Part shown: piece after piece, positions 62,744 to 64,000 of the stretch
Position numbering within the stretch: the first letter of the stretch is position 1
Layout of the letters: every line of letters begins with the position of its first letter
Origin: Gekko japonicus
Taxonomy: Eukaryota
Length of the DNA: 64,000 bases
Direction: 5' to 3'
Assembly (NCBI RefSeq): GCF_001447785.1
Contig: NW_015165278.1
Span: forward strand, 16,620 to 80,619
The notes under the pieces: model-generated
The model's database searches: none
What the model was told of the DNA's origin: nothing
Seen by the model: the letters and a program-made list of their open reading frames with translations, nothing else
Translations under genes and position numbers: made by a program

Positions 62744-64000
62744 GTAAGCCGCTGTCACACTGAGTCAGAATATTGGTCCATCTAACCAAATAATATGTAT
62801 TCCAGGGGTTGTCAACCGTATTGACTGTCCAGGCACTTCTGAAATTTTGAGAAGGGCAGTGAGCACCACCACCGATTGGCTGCCAGGGAGGGGGCCGTAT
62901 GTGTGAGAAGAATCACAAAATTTGGAGAGGTTCCACAAGATGTTTGGGAAGTTGCAAGTGTTGCTCCATAATGAAAGCAACTGCTTTTGATTAGGCACTT
63001 CCTGCAGTTTCAAAGGCAGTTTCGTGGTGCTTCTAAAGCACCTCCTGTCTCATGCTGAAGAGGCAGAGGAAAGCTGGGGTCAGCAGTTCACTTTGGGAGG
63101 TGATGCTGTTTTCTTCCAGTTTCCCAAGGAGAGGGGTTTGCTTTCTGTGCCGCCTCAGAGAGAGGTTTCCAAGCCCGGAGAAAGGTCTGAGTCTATGGCT
63201 GAGGATGCATGGCTTTAATGTACTTGCTCAGCGTGAGCTCAGTGTTTGGATAATCAGTCAGCTCATAGGGAGCAATCCTGTTTTTTTTCCTGTACAAGGC
63301 CACCTAGATTTTATCCTGCAGACTGAAATGAGTGGGCTCCAGGAGGCACATTGGTGGGTGGCATCTGTGGCTTTATGTTGGCATCACTGTTCTACCTTGG
63401 CTGGCAACTGTTTTCCTGCAGTTGAAAGTCTTTTCCAACATGAGCTCTTCATATGCCACGGCTGAATCTGTTGGAGTTTTTTTGTTTACTTATTTGTTTT
63501 TGCACATAAGTCATCTGTTCAACCACTGAGCTTGCTCCCTCTGCGTAAGACTTTAATCCAAGAATAACTTCTTGGAGGTCTGAGTGGATTGTCCTTATAA
63601 ATAGGGTGGGTTTTGTTTCTTAGAACTGGACATAAGATCACGGAGACCTCTATCTGTCTTCATTTACAGTTTTTATCAAACAAAGAGTACCAAAGATCCA
63701 ACTCTTGTTTGACGACGAACAGTTGAGATTGTAGTCCTCTCTGTAAAATGGAAGTGGTAACTTTGCACCATGATTTAGTGGATGAAGACGGCTTGTGCTT
63801 AACACATTAATAGTATAGTCCTAAGCAGAACTGGGGGCTGTGGTGGCTCAGTGGTTAAGACGCTGAACTGCAGACCGGAAATTTCTGATCAGACCTAAAG
63901 ATGGCAACTATTCCAGAAGTGCAGGTGCCTCCTGAGGGAAGCTAGTTTGGATAGTCATAAATAGCTACCCATTGCCAGTTAATGCTTTGTTGTTCTCTTA

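Overview
Vertebrate (squamate, very probably gecko) genomic DNA with four assembly gaps (2684-2707, 4049-4274, 10083-10393, 13859-14170). It carries the conserved syntenic block FUT4 (-), C11orf97 (-), ANKRD49 (-) and MRE11 (+, first five coding exons). ANKRD49 and MRE11 share a bidirectional CpG-island promoter. C11orf97 is not visible as a whole in the ORF track; I rebuilt it by hand as four exons (111 aa). The rest is a dense, nested transposon landscape: Squam3-like, Squam2-like, Sauria and 5S-derived SINEs; CR1, L2, RTE and RTEX-like LINE fragments; several hAT MITE families; two solo LTRs; and a non-autonomous Helitron. The most notable items are: a full-length, TSD-flanked, ORF1-only L1 derivative (HAL1-like) antisense in an MRE11 intron; a family of Penelope-derived foldback elements carrying degenerate minimal hammerhead-ribozyme motifs, one of which inserted as a unit with a 13-bp TSD; a ~177-bp-arm inverted repeat in C11orf97 intron 3; a hAT MITE beside each of the three CpG islands; and a cluster of RFX X-boxes around C11orf97. 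Gene and repeat family names rest on recalled homology, not on database searches. I found no evidence for a wholly new protein-coding system.
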